Positions 1 to 16,334 of a stretch of 64,000 nucleotides of DNA are shown here, in pieces. Positions within the stretch are counted from its first letter, which is position 1. Each line of letters starts with the position of its first letter. Source of the DNA: the human T2T-CHM13v2.0 reference genome, Homo sapiens; the NCBI GenBank assembly GCA_009914755.4, contig CP086569.2, forward strand, positions 288,001 to 352,000, written 5' to 3'. The position numbers were made by a program, and so were the translations under genes. Below the pieces are notes generated by a model. The model saw only the letters and a list, made by a program, of their open reading frames with translations, searched no databases and was not told where the DNA came from.

Positions 1-368
1 ACACCCTCTTTTACCGAGCACTTCTGATTTATATTATAAAAATCTCATTTTCAGAAAAAAAGAAGGGAGTTTTACATGGGATAGGGTGGTGTGAAATCAG
101 CAAAAAGAAAACAAAACAAAACAAAAACGCTTTTCAGGAAAACGATGATGGATTTGGGTGGGGAGAGGGCAGAGCTCCTGGGACCTGATTACTGTTAATT
201 TGTAATCCAGGGAGGTCCTGAGCCTGGTGAAATATTAATGCTTGAGAAAGGCCACTGTCTTCTGATTCTTTCTGTGCTTTTGGGACAATCCCAATGGATG
301 CAACACACCCCCGCGTTGATTTATTTATGTTCACAGCATGGCCGAGGCAGCAGGAGACCCCAAGTTGT

Positions 369-452
369 ATTCAAAATATCCAAAAGGGGCTTTTCTTTTT
401 CCCTTTGTTTATTCAAAATATTCAAAAAGAGCTTTTCTTTTTCCCTTTGTTT
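369..452. repeat. Tandem duplication, about 42 bp x2 (attcaaaata-tycaaaa-rgrgcttttctttttccctttgtt)
   Basis: Two adjacent near-identical copies read directly in the sequence; the ORF track shows the repeated peptide FLFPFV. Confidence 0.85.
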
Positions 453-604
453 CCGCGATTTCTGCGCTGTTGGCTGAAAGTGCTCTGAGTTCACGCGCTA
501 CGGGGGGTGACTTCCATTTCTGCAGACAGCAGCCTTGGGGATGGCCTGGCGAGGGCTAGGAATACCACACCCTGATCCCATTCTTCCTGGCTCAGTCCTG
601 ACTG

Positions 605-660
605 TGAGAGTCACGGTGGACTCTGGGTTTTTCGGTTTTTTTGTTTGTTTGTTTTTTTGT
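605..660. repeat. T-rich / (GTTT)n simple repeat merging into the Alu poly-T
   Basis: ggtttttcggtttttttgtttgtttgtttttttgtttttt... Confidence 0.8.
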
Positions 661-958
661 TTTTTGTTTTTTTTTTTTGACAGGGAGTCTCGCTCTGTCG
701 CCCAGGCTGGAGTGCAGTGGTGCACCCTAGGCTCACTGCAACCTCCGACTCCTGGGTTCGATTCTACTGCCTCAGCCTCCCGAGTAGCTGAGACTACAGG
801 CACCGGCCACCACGCCTGGCTAATTTTTTTTATTTTTTAAATAGAGATGTGGTTTTGCCGTGTTGGCCAGGCTGGTCTCGATCTCCTGATCTCAGGTGAT
901 CCACCTGCCTCGGCCTCCTAAAGTGCTGGGATTATAGGCGTGAGACACCATGCCTGGC
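661..958 (-). mobile_element. Alu SINE, full length, minus orientation
   Basis: A poly-T is followed by the reverse complement of the Alu consensus (gagtctcgctctgtcgcccaggctggagtgcagtgg ... cctcccaaagtgctgggattataggcgtgag). Confidence 0.93.
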
Positions 959-1057
959 CTCTGAACTCTGTTTTAAGTTTTTTTTTTTTTTTAATTGAGG
1001 TGAGTTTCACGAAACATGCAATCAACCATTTTATTTTTATTACTTATGTATTTATTT

Positions 1058-1345
1058 TGAGACAGGGTCTCACTCTGCTGCCCAGGCTAGGGTGCACTGG
1101 TGCAATCACAGCTCACTGCAGCCTCAATGTCCTGGGCTCAGGTGATCCTCCTGCCTCAGCCTCCTGAGTAGGTGAGACCGTGGGCATGCCCCACCATGCC
1201 TGGCTAATTTTTGTATTATTACTATTTTCTTGGTAGAGACAGGGTCTCACTGTGTTGCCCAGGCCCATCTTGTACTCCTGGTCTCAAGCGATCCTCCTGC
1301 CTCGGCCTCCCAAAGTGCTGCAATTACACAGGTGAGGCAACGCAG
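1058..1345 (-). mobile_element. Alu SINE, minus orientation, older and more diverged
   Basis: gagacagggtctcactctgctgcccaggct ... cctcccaaagtgctgcaattacacagg. Confidence 0.88.
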
Positions 1346-1564
1346 CCAGCAACCCTTTCAAGCAGAAGGATTTGTTGGTATTTACTGAATTCACCTTGTT
1401 GTGGTAGCATATCATCTACATAATACCAGAATATTGTCATCCCTCAAAAACAGAGCCAGGAGAAGAACTGCCCATTTTCCCTCCCCATTCCCAGGCAACT
1501 CAAAATCTTCCTTCTGTCTCTATGGGTTTGCCTGTTCTACACATTTCGTATATGATGGGAATAG

Positions 1565-2714
<1,150 letters not shown>

Positions 2715-3289
2715 CTCTTTATACTATTTTGCAGGAACATTACCTTGCTTTCAGTGAGTGCAGTTCCCACGAAAAAGCCGCGAGTATGGAGAAGTTTGCC
2801 TAGAAAACTTAGGCAGTTACTCCTTTTAGATAATTTAACTTCAAAGTCGAAACAGGGCATCGCAGAAAGGATCTGAATTTAGAGGTATGTTTTATTGAAT
2901 CACTCAAGGCCTAGAAATAGAAATGATCAAAGGGTGTTTGCGAGCGTGCTTTCCAGCTTCTGAGGAGCTGAGCCCAGCTCACTAATGATGGCAATTGTGG
3001 TCATAGGTGACTCGCCCCCGAGCTGGGGGTGCCTCTGAGCGCCTCTGCCTTCCACCCTACTGGGGAGCAAGGCTGTGGGGCCACCTCTAATGATTGGTTG
3101 TTATTGTCTGAGGATATCTAGAAATTCAAGAGAGATCTACTTTATACTCTGGAAATGAAGAGCCTTTTGTATTCAGCAAAGGGATCGGTGTTGAGAGGGG
3201 GCTTCACGGGTGTACACCGTGGGGAGTATCCCTCCTGGGTTCCAAGCTCAGACAGGTGGCCCAAGACAAGATGTCTGGCTTTTTAAATT

Positions 3290-3678
<389 letters not shown>

Positions 3679-3689
3679 GTTATTTTTAT

Positions 3690-3934
3690 TTTTAGTACAG
3701 ATGAGGCTTTTCTCTGTTGCCCAGGCTGAAGTGCAGTGACGTGATCAGGGTCCTTGCATTTTTTGTTTTGAGACAGGGTCTTGCTCTGTCGCTCAGGATG
3801 GACTGCAGGGATGTGATCCCAGCTCAGTGCAGCCTCAGCCTCCTGGGCTCAAGCCATACTCCTGCCTCAGCCTCCTGAGTAGCTGGACTACAGGTGTGTG
3901 CCAGTATGCCTGGCTGTTTTTTTCTAAATGATTT
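3690..3934 (-). mobile_element. Two truncated Alu copies, minus, leading into the 155-bp array
   Basis: Alu right-arm motifs: ctctgttgcccaggctgaagtgcagtg and gagacagggtcttgctctgtcgctcaggatgga...cctcagcctcctgagtagctggactacaggtgtgtgcc. Confidence 0.8.
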
Positions 3935-5180
3935 TTTTTGGTAGAGATGGGGTCTCACTATGTCTCCCAGGCTGAAGCTCTGTGGTGTGATCATAGCTCA
4001 CTGCAGCCTCGAACTCCTGAGCTCAACTGATCCTCCCACCTCAGCCTCCTGAAGTGCTGGGATTGGGGGGGTGAGCCACTGCACTCAGCCAACAGATAGA
4101 GATGGGGTCTCGCTATGTCTCCCAGGCTGAAGCTCTGTGGTGTCATCATAGCTCACTGTAGCCTCGAACTCCTGGGCTCAACTGATCCTCCCACCTCAGC
4201 CTCCTGAAGTGCTGGGATTAGGGGGGTGAGCCACTGCACTCAGCCAACAGATAGAGATGGGGTCTCGCTATGTCTCCCAGGCTGAAGCTCTGTGGTGTCA
4301 TCATAGCTCACTGTAGCCTCGAACTCCTGGGCTCAACTGATCCTCCCACCTCAGCCTCCTGAAGTGCTGGGATTAGGGGGGTGAGCCACTGCACTCAGCC
4401 AACAGATAGAGATGGGGTCTCGCTATGTCTCCCAGGCTGAAGCTCTGTGGTGTCATCATAGCTCACTGCAGCCTCGAACTCCTGAGCTCAACTGATCCTC
4501 CCACCTCAGCCTCCTGAAGTGCTGGGATTAGGGGGGTGAGCCACTGCACTCAGCCAACAGATAGAGATGGGGTCTCGCTATGTCTCCCAGGCTGAAGCTC
4601 TGTGGTGTCATCATAGCTCACTGCAGCCTCGAACTCCTGAGCTCAACTGATCCTCCCACCTCAGCCTCCTGAAGTGCTGGGATTACGGGTGTGAGCCACT
4701 GCACTCAGCCAACAGATAGAGATGGGGTCTCGCTATGTCTCCCAGGCTGAAGCTCTGTGGTGTCATCATAGCTCACTGCAGCCTCGAACTCCTGAGCTCA
4801 ACTGATCCTCCCACCTCAGCCTCCTGAAGTGCTGGGATTACGGGTGTGAGCCACTGCACTCAGCCAACAGATAGAGATGGGGTCTCGCTATGTCTCCCAG
4901 GCTGAAGCTCTGTGGTGTCATCATAGCTCACTGCAGCCTCGAACTCCTGAGCTCAACTGATCCTCCCACCTCAGCCTCCTGAAGTGCTGGGATTAGGGGG
5001 GTGAGCCACTGCACTCAGCCAACAGATAGAGATGGGGTCTCGCTATGTCTCCCAGGCTGAAGCTCTGTGGTGTCATCATAGCTCACTGCAGCCTCGAACT
5101 CCTGGGCTCAACTGATCCTCCCGCCTCAGACTCCTGAAGTGCTGGGATTAGGGGGGTGAGCCACTGCACTCAGCCAACAC
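3935..5180. repeat. Alu-derived satellite: 155-bp unit x8 (an internally deleted Alu, tandemly amplified)
   Basis: The unit is ccaacagatagagatggggtctcgctatgtctcccaggctgaagctctgtggtgtcatcatagctcactgcagcctcgaactcctgrgctcaactgatcctcccacctcagcctcctgaagtgctgggattaggggggtgagccactgcactcagc. Copies recur at about 4089, 4243, 4398, 4554, 4709, 4862 and 5021, and identity between copies is very high. Confidence 0.95.
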
Positions 5181-5336
5181 ATCTGTAAATATGCCTAAGG
5201 CATCTATACCGTAGTAGGTTTGCTACAAGGATCAAGCAAGATAGTGTTCTGGAAATACAAGCCTCACCCTTACGAAGCTGTTTCAGCAGGTGTAACAAAT
5301 GGCCGTTCACAGAGTGGCTCAAAAAAACACACATTT

Positions 5337-5975
<639 letters not shown>

Positions 5976-6206
5976 CCCTGTCTGTCCCCTTTCCTTTATC
6001 TTTTACAACTCCAGGACTTTAGCATAAGCCTACAAGTCCTCCCCCTTCTTTTAAGATTTTTTTCCTCTTCAATTTCACTCAGCTGAGAGAAAGGGGAGAC
6101 CCCCCCTCCCTTTTCACCAAACACCTACTCATTTTCCCAAGCTGTACCCACCATACTCACAGCAAATTTCATTTAGGATAGACATTTTATTTTATTTATT
6201 TTTATT

Positions 6207-6350
<144 letters not shown>

Positions 6351-6664
6351 CAACCTCAGCCCACAAGGTGGCCCAAGGCACACGGAGTTCACATTGTACC
6401 CACCATGGGTCGAAGGTGGGCGTCTGATTCCTCCTGAAGGGTGGGGAGCTGTGATGTGAACAGGCCACTTCAATGGGACAGGCGTGATCTCCATTTGGGA
6501 CTAAATACAAGCCCATGGAGGGTCCACAGAGCACCAAGGGAAGCTGGCATTTCAAAACATCTGCCTCGTTTGTCTAAACCACACCACACCACACACCACT
6601 CTGGGGTCTGTTTGGCCACAGAGAATCCTCTAGCCCCAAATGTCAGCAGAGCTGAGGCTGAGAG

Positions 6665-6915
6665 ACACTGACTGAGGGACTCTATCTATCATCTGTCAAT
6701 CAATCAATCAATCATCTATCTGTCTATCCATTATCTATCTATTTATCCACCTATCATCTATCTATCTATCATCTATCTCTCTCTCATCCGTCCATCCATC
6801 GTCTATTCTATCTGTCATCTATGTATCTATCCATCTAGTCATCCATCTATCTATCCTGTGTGTATTTATCCATTCTATGTATCTATCTATGTATCTATCT
6901 ATGTATCTATCTATG

Positions 6916-6960
<45 letters not shown>

Positions 6961-7620
6961 GTCATCTATGTATCTATCCATCTATTCATCCATCTATCCT
7001 GTATGTATTTGTCCATCCATCCATCCATCTATTCTATCATCTATCTTCATCTATGTATCTATCCATCTATTCATCCATCTATCCTGCATGTATTTATCTA
7101 TCCATCATCCATCTATTCTATCATCTATCATCTATGTATCTATCCATCTATTCATCCATCTATCCTGCATGTATTTATCTATCCATCCATCCATCTATTC
7201 TATCATCTATCTATCATCTATGTATCTATCCACCTATTCATCCATCTATCTTGTATGTATTCATCCATCCATCCATCTATTCTATTATCTATCTATCATC
7301 TATTCATCCATCTATCTATCCTGCATGTATTTATCTATCCATCCATCCATCCATCTATTCTATCATCTATCTGTCTTCTATGTATCTATCCATCTATTCA
7401 TCCATCTTGTATGTATTTATCCATCCATGCATCTACTCAACCATCCCTCCTCTATTTATCATCTCTATCATCTGTAAGTCAATCAGTTTATCCATCATCT
7501 ATCAATCACCCACATCTATCTTTATTATCTATCACCTGTCTATTTATCTATCTATCCTGTATGTATTTATCCATCCATCCATCCCTCCATCCATCCATTC
7601 CCTGTCTATCTCTATCATAT
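6665..7620. repeat. ATC-rich tetranucleotide-type array ((TATC)n/(CATC)n/(TCCA)n variants) with a sub-periodic motif of about 90-160 bp
   Basis: Continuous ...atctatctatc..., ...ccatccatccatctattctatcatctatc... and a recurring ...catctattcatccatctatcctgcatgtatttatctatccatc.... There are no stops in several frames, which explains the 254-268 aa ORFs of S/I/Y/L-rich nonsense. Confidence 0.93.
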
Positions 7621-7669
7621 AGAGAAAAATGGCAGCCGCGTCCACACTGGCCTCAGAACTCTCTGGTGA

Positions 7670-8007
<338 letters not shown>

Positions 8008-8194
8008 GTGACGTCACTTTTCTTTGAATAGTTTAGATCAAACCGCACCAACTGTATGTGACTTTGTTATATCTTTTATTATATGTATAACAGAAATACA
8101 TAGTTATATGTGTTGTATTTGGAAGTGTATCACTGAATGTGGTTCTGAGGACCTTGGGGAATTATTTAATTTAATTTAATTAATTTATTGTAGA

Positions 8195-8305
8195 GATGGG
8201 GTGTCATGAGGTTGCTCAGACTGATCTCAAACTTCTGGGCTCAAGGGATCCTCCCTTCTCGGCCTCCTAAAGTGCTGGGATTACAAGTGGGAGCCACTGT
8301 GCCTG
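8195..8305 (-). mobile_element. Alu left-arm fragment, minus
   Basis: gagatggggtgtcatgaggttgctcagactgatctcaaacttctgggctcaagggatcctcccttctcggcctcctaaagtgctgggattacaagtgggagccactgtgcctggc. Confidence 0.85.
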
Positions 8306-8400
8306 GCAGGGGGATTATTTTAAATGCTTCCTAAGCAAAATAAATAATGCATGAGACACTTACTGCATCTGCTCCTCAAATTCCTTCCAAAAGTGCTTTG

Positions 8401-8965
<565 letters not shown>

Positions 8966-9198
8966 AAAATACTCTCATTGTTCAACTCCCACTTAGGAGT
9001 AAGAACTTGCGGTGTTTGGTTTTCTGTTCCTGTGTGAGTTTGCTGAGAATGATGGTTTCCAGCTTCGTCCATGTCCCTGCAAATGACAGGAGCTCACCCT
9101 TTTTCATGGCTGCATAGTATTCCATGGTGTCTGTGTGCCACATTTTCTTTATCCAGTCTATCATTGATGGGCATTTGGGTTGGTCCCAAGTCTTTTGC
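8966..9198 (-). mobile_element. LINE-1 3'-end fragment (ORF2 C-terminus plus the start of the 3'UTR), minus
   Basis: The minus-strand translation MIDWIKKMWHTDTMEYYAAMKKGELLSFAGTWTKLETIILSKLTQEQKTKH matches the canonical L1 ORF2p C-terminal peptide, and the nucleotide motif ctcctaagtgggagttgaacaatgagag is present as its reverse complement. Confidence 0.9.
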
Positions 9199-9342
9199 TA
9201 TTCCCAGCAGGTTTTCAAAGCCCGTCGTCTTTGCTTAGCGTGCACCATGATGTCGGCTCTCTGAATTCACCGTCTTTCTAGATGAGTCCCAGAGTTTTTC
9301 TTCATCACTCAGTATTTGGCAACAGGGAAGTTTTTCTAAGCA

Positions 9343-9640
9343 AGTCAACCCATCAATGATAGACTGGATAAAGAAAATGTGGCACATAGACACCATGGAA
9401 TACTATGCAGCCATCAAAAAGGATGAGTTCATGTCGTTTGCAGGGACATGGATGAAGCTGGAATCCATCATTCTCAGCAAACTCACACAGGAACAGAAAA
9501 CCAAACACTGCATGTTCTCACTCCTAAGTGGGAGGTGAACAATGAGAACACATGGACACAGGAAGGGGAACATCACACACCGGGGCCTGTCGAGGGCTGT
9601 GGGGCTGTGGAAGGGATTGCATTAGGAGAAATTCTCACCA
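9343..9640 (+). mobile_element. LINE-1 3'-end fragment (the same ORF2 C-terminus / 3'UTR region), plus. It forms an inverted pair with 8966-9198
   Basis: The plus-strand translation MIDWIKKMWHIDTMEYYAAIKKDEFMSFAGTWMKLESIILSKLTQEQKTKHCMFSLLSG, followed by ctcctaagtgggaggtgaacaatgagaacacatggacacaggaaggggaacatcacacaccggggcctgtcg. Confidence 0.9.
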
Positions 9641-10414
9641 TCTATGAACCCCTCATTTCCTCATCGGGAAAAATGTACCTGAAAATAGCGCCTGCCTCTG
9701 CGTGTTGTGGTAAGGAAGCAATGCCATTATTTATGTCTCATTTATGTCTCATGCTGTGGCTTGAGACTGTGTCTGTTTATGCTGCTCTGGTTTGTGGTGG
9801 AGGCTGCCGTCTGTCAGCCTCTGCACCTGCCGTCTGTCAGCCTCTGCACCTGCTCTGAAGTTTTCCTCTCGGTGGTACCCACCCATCATCCTGCTGCCCT
9901 TGAGTTCCCAGGAGCCCACAGGAGCTGCACTTTCTCCAGGCCTTTTGCCGGTGGAGCTGCCTCTTGGAATGTGCGTCTCCATCCGATGCACTCTGTTTTC
10001 GTGTGAAAATCCATGGGAATAAAAAGGCTCTTTTTGTGCTGAAAAATTGAGCCCAGGGGTTCAGCCAGCAGAGGACTCTGTGGGTATAAATATGAATGGA
10101 GAGGATTCTAAATATATAGCAGAGCAGAAGTCAGATGTTTGTGGAGAGGTGAAACGGCCTGGCCAGGTTCTTGGAACTTTAGAAATGAGGATGGCTTCCG
10201 GGGGAATTGGGGAGCGACTGTTCTCAAGTGGGGATGAACATGCACCCCGACGGACACTCGGCACTGTCTGGGGCAGTTCTGGGTGTCGTAACTGGGAGGG
10301 GGGTGCTCCTGGCACCTGGTTTGTGGAGCCCGGGGATGCTGCTCACCACCTTACAGTGACCACAGAGAATCCTCCAGCCCCAAATGTCAGCAGAGGTGAG
10401 GCTGAGAGACACTA

Positions 10415-11030
10415 TCTGAGGGACTCTATCTATCATCTGTCAATCAATCAATCCATCTCTCAATCTATTATCTATCTATCTATCTATCTACCCACCTATC
10501 ATCTATCATCTATCTATGTATCTATGTATCTATCTACCTATCATCTATCTATCTATCATCTATCTATGTATCTATCTATCTATCTATTATCTATCTATCC
10601 ACCTATCATCTATCTATAATCTCTCTCTCTCCCAATCATCCATCTATCCATCCATCCATCCATCTATCCATGTATCCATTATCTATCATACATCTATCTA
10701 TTCATCCATCCATCATCTATCATCTCTATCATCTATAAATCAATTTATCCATCATCTGTCATTCATCCATCCATCACCCATCTTTATTATCTATCATCTA
10801 TCTATCCATCTATCATTCATCTATCATCTACCCATCCATTACCTATCTATCTCTATCATATATAAATCAATCATCTATCATCCACCAATCTACCTATTTA
10901 TCTATATCTGTCTATCTACCTTTATCTATTATCTATCATCAATCTTTATTATCTATCATCTATCTACAGATCTATTTATTGACCCATTATCTATCTATTA
11001 TCTATCTACCTATCTAATCTGTGCTTTTCA
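10415..11030. repeat. ATC-rich tetranucleotide-type array, a second copy of the 6665-7620 module
   Basis: ...atctatctatctatctacccacctatcatctatcatctatctatgtatc...ccatccatccatccatctatcc.... It is preceded at 10355-10415 by the same roughly 60-bp flank (ccacagagaatcctccagccccaaatgtcagcagaggtgaggctgagagacac) that precedes the array at 6605-6665. Confidence 0.92.
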
Positions 11031-11284
11031 GCTGCTGCCGATTGTCTCCTCTGAGGACACTTTGTCAGTCTCTGGGGACACTTTTGGTTGTCTGGATTGT
11101 GGAGTGAGGGTGCTCCTGGATTGGGAGTGAGGGTGCTTCTGGTCGCTGGTGGGTGAAGCCCAGGGACACTGCTCAACACCCTACAGTGCACAGATCAGCC
11201 CCACCAGAGAGAATCGTCCAGTCCCATGTGTCAGAAGTACCAGGGCTGAAAGACACTGCCTGAGGCTGAGACAATCTCTGTTTG

Positions 11285-12820
11285 TCCATCTATCACCTAT
11301 CAGTGATCTATCAGTCAATTATCTACCTATTAACTGTCTATATCAATTATCTGTCATACCTATCAATCAGCTATCAATCATTAATCATCTGTCTATATCA
11401 ATTATCCATCATACCTATCAATCAGCTATCATCAATCATCTATCTATACTAATTATCCATCATACATATCAATCAACTAACAATCATCAATCATCAAGCA
11501 TCTATATCAATTATCCATCAAACCTATCAATCATATATCATCAATCATCTATCTGTGTGAATTATCCATCATACCTATCAATCAGCTATCAATCGTCAAT
11601 CATATATATCAATTATCCATCATACCTATCAACCATCTATCAATCATCAATCATCTATATCAATTATCTGTCATACCTATTAATCATCAATCATCTATAT
11701 CAATTATCCATCATACTTATCAATCAACCATCTATCTATATGAATTATCCATCATATCTATCAATCAACTACCTATCATCAATCTATATCAATTATCCAT
11801 CACACCTATCGATCAGCTATCTATCAATCATCAATCATCTATATCAATTATCCATCACACCTATCAATCAACTATTTGTCAATTATCAATCATCTATATC
11901 AATTATGCATCATACCTATTAACTATCATCAATCATCTATCTATATGAATTATCCATCATACCTATCAATCAACTACCTATCAATCTATATCAATTATCC
12001 ATCACACCTATCAATCAACTATTTATCAATTATCAATCATCTATATCAATTATGCATCATACCTATCAACTATCTATCATCAATCATCTATATCAATTAT
12101 CCATCATACCTATCAATCAGCTATCAATCGTCAATCATATATATCAATTATCCATCATACCTATCAACCATCTATCAATCATCAATCATCTATCTATATC
12201 AATTATCTGTCATACCTATTAATCATCAATCATCTATATCAATTATCCATCATACTTATCAATCAACCATCTATCTATATGAATTATCCATCATATCTAT
12301 CAATCAACTACCTATCATCAATCTATATCAATTATCCGTCACACCTATCGATCAGCTATCTATCAATCATCAATCATCTATATCAATTATCCATCACACC
12401 TATCAATCAACTATTTGTCAATTATCAATCATCTATATCAATTATGCATCATACCTATCAACTATCATCAATCATCTATCTATATGAATTATCCATCATA
12501 CCTATCAATCAACTACCTATCAATCTATATCAATTATCCATCACACCTATCAATCAACTATTTATCAATTATCAATCATCTATTTATATCAATTATGCAT
12601 CATACCTATCAACTATCTATCATCAATCATCTATATCAATTATCCATCATACCTATCAATCAGCTATCAATCATCAATCCTTGATCTATATCATTTATGC
12701 ATCAATCATCAATCATCTGTATCAATTATCAATCATCTATTTACCTATCAAATCAACAATCTATCATCTTTCATCATATCTATCAATTGTCCATCAGTCA
12801 GTTATCTACCTGTCTATTCA
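11285..12820. repeat. A/T/C-rich minisatellite with higher-order repeat structure: base motifs of about 55-60 bp and a super-period of about 540 bp
   Basis: The unit has the form caattatccatcatacctatcaatca(a/g)ctatc(t)atcaatcatcaatcatctatat. A long block beginning attatccatcatacctatcaatcagctatcaatcgtcaatcatatatatcaattatccatcatacctatcaaccatctatcaatc recurs almost identically at about 11560 and about 12100. The ORFs at 11876.. and 12415.. give identical peptides. Confidence 0.92.
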
Positions 12821-12866
12821 ATGGTTTGCAAACAGGATGATTTTCTTTTTTTGAGAAGAGGTCTCA

Positions 12867-13180
<314 letters not shown>

Positions 13181-13407
13181 TCTTCATTTTGTCCTGAGTT
13201 GAAACTGAAGGGCCGGCATCGTGCTTCCCAAAGATGTCCTGTTTTATGCTGGAGGTGGCAGTTTCTTGTATTTGCAGATATGTGTGAAAAACCAGACCTT
13301 GGCAATGACCTTGACAATAGGCGGTAAATAACTCCCAGATGCTTAGTGTTCCAATAATGGAACGCTAGGCATCGATAGGTTTAAGCCCCCTATGATTTTA
13401 GCACTGA

Positions 13408-14075
<668 letters not shown>

Positions 14076-14081
14076 AAATAG

Positions 14082-14404
<323 letters not shown>

Positions 14405-16334
14405 TTATTTCAGGATTTCTTTACGTTGCTGTGAAAACCTGGATGTTGGGGGCTCTGTCTGTGTATCGTAGACGGAGTTTTGAATTGCTCCAGTGAAACA
14501 CAAGTATTTTACCTTACGCTGTCAACCTGCTGGGGGAAGCGTGAAGACAGTTTAACCTTCTGGCTCCGGTAATCATCTTGTCTCAGAGACCTCGGAGAGC
14601 TCCCAGAGCCTGGCTGCCACGGTGGTTCTATATACCCTCCAGCCCTGGCCTGCCTTGGGACACCCCTCTCCGCCTGCCGGCCCCAGAATTTCCCCACACA
14701 CGCGGTCATCACAGCCCGAGATGTTTAATGACGGCTTCATGCACCAGGCTATTGCCCTAAACACGGGTGACAGGCCAAACACACACTAATTACCTAACTC
14801 AATTCAAGCCCGCCTGGCCCCGTGGAAAGGCTGAGCTGGGGATGCACGCAGGTGCCCCGTCGTTACCTCCGGATGTCAAATTGAAGTGAGGTTTTCCCGC
14901 ATGAGCGGGGAGAGCTGTTTCTACGCACCAAGATTTCCACGGTTTGCAGGAGAAAGAGTTTTGTGTCTGCCCTCTGGACAGCCCTGTCAGTTTTATCAAG
15001 CGTGTCTGATTAAGGAATATTTAAAGGTATGTGTTCAGAAGCGTTTCTCCCCTTCTTTTGTGTGTGTGTGTGGCCATGTTTAAAAAAAACAAATGTAAAA
15101 CCAGTTACAGGCAAAGTAGGCTAGTTTGGTGCTGAAATAACGCCGTCGTTCATGAGCCGGCTTAAATAATGCAGTTGTTAGAAACCAGCTCTCAAAGCTG
15201 TGGGTTGGCTGAGGAGGGTTAGTACGAGGTCCTGACCCCAAACCTGTGTGTATCTGGAGCCGGCGGGAGACATTTGGCCTGGAGTATGAGGCTGGCTGGA
15301 CCTGGAAGGTCCTCAGCGTTAGAGGGACTGTTTCGGGAAGGTTTTCTGGCAGCTGAGTCCCAATTCCAGGAGGAAGTAGGCATTGAGTAGATAATTTCAG
15401 CTCCCCCATTGAAGCCGTCCAGCCTGCAGAGAAAGATAGCAGTGGCCCCCTGCCCTATCCCGGCAAAGCTGACCCCGAGAATGCCCGGGTCACAAGCCCA
15501 GGTGGACAGTGTCTCCTTGTGCCTCGGAAGAGAATTCTGCATTAGGAAGGAATCCAGGGGGAATGGGGAGAAAAGGCCCGAGATACGTGAGCAGAGGTGA
15601 GAGCCGTGCCAGGGCTGAGCCACGCTTCAGGAGAGACCAGCTACGTCTCTCTCTGTGTTGGGAGCCGTTGGGTAAAGCGGGGACTTCTGGGTGAGCCAAC
15701 ATTACAGACTTATATGGGGATTTAAGGCTCGGTTAAATATGCCCCTCAAAAAAGTTTCCTGACTTTTTTTGATACGCCAGTTTCATTATCAGGGGGCTCA
15801 TCAGCCGGGGACGCGGTGCAGGACGGATGGAAGCCGTGGGCCGTGTCAACTCTACAGGGCTGTATTTCTTTTTTTTTTTCGTGCTCATTACGATTCTTGG
15901 ATGTGTGTAATTTACATCTAAATGCACTGACTAATTTTGATCCAATCATGTCAAAAATGATAGGTACTGTGTGGGAGGAGATGACAGCCGTACCAGCGCG
16001 CGTTGCCAGAGTGAGAGTCCCTCGGGGCAATGATTTAATGCCCCCAGTCAGCCGGGCCTGTCAGCTTCGGAGGCCAAATTATGACACATCATGTCGACGA
16101 CCGGTCCACACGGAGGCTGCGGTGGGGGGAGCCCTGGTTCACCCAGCACTGTCCTGGCCGACCCCCGGCCCCGGCTGCCGCCCCGTGCCCCGTCACACAC
16201 GCAAGATGCAGAGTGGGGAGAAATGATGCGCTAACCCCCCTGTAAAAGAGTCATTTGCATCTGTATTTTTTACTCCAGCAAGGGCATGTCAGGTGTTTGC
16301 GGGAAGGGCAGGCTGGACGGCCTCCATGCAGCGT

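Noticed and set aside
8966-9640. L1 twin-priming 5' inversion as the explanation for the inverted L1 pair
   Set aside because: Twin priming joins non-overlapping 5' and 3' segments of a single L1 copy. Here both arms cover the same ORF2-C-terminus/3'UTR interval and differ by about 15%, so this looks like two copies or an old inverted duplication instead.
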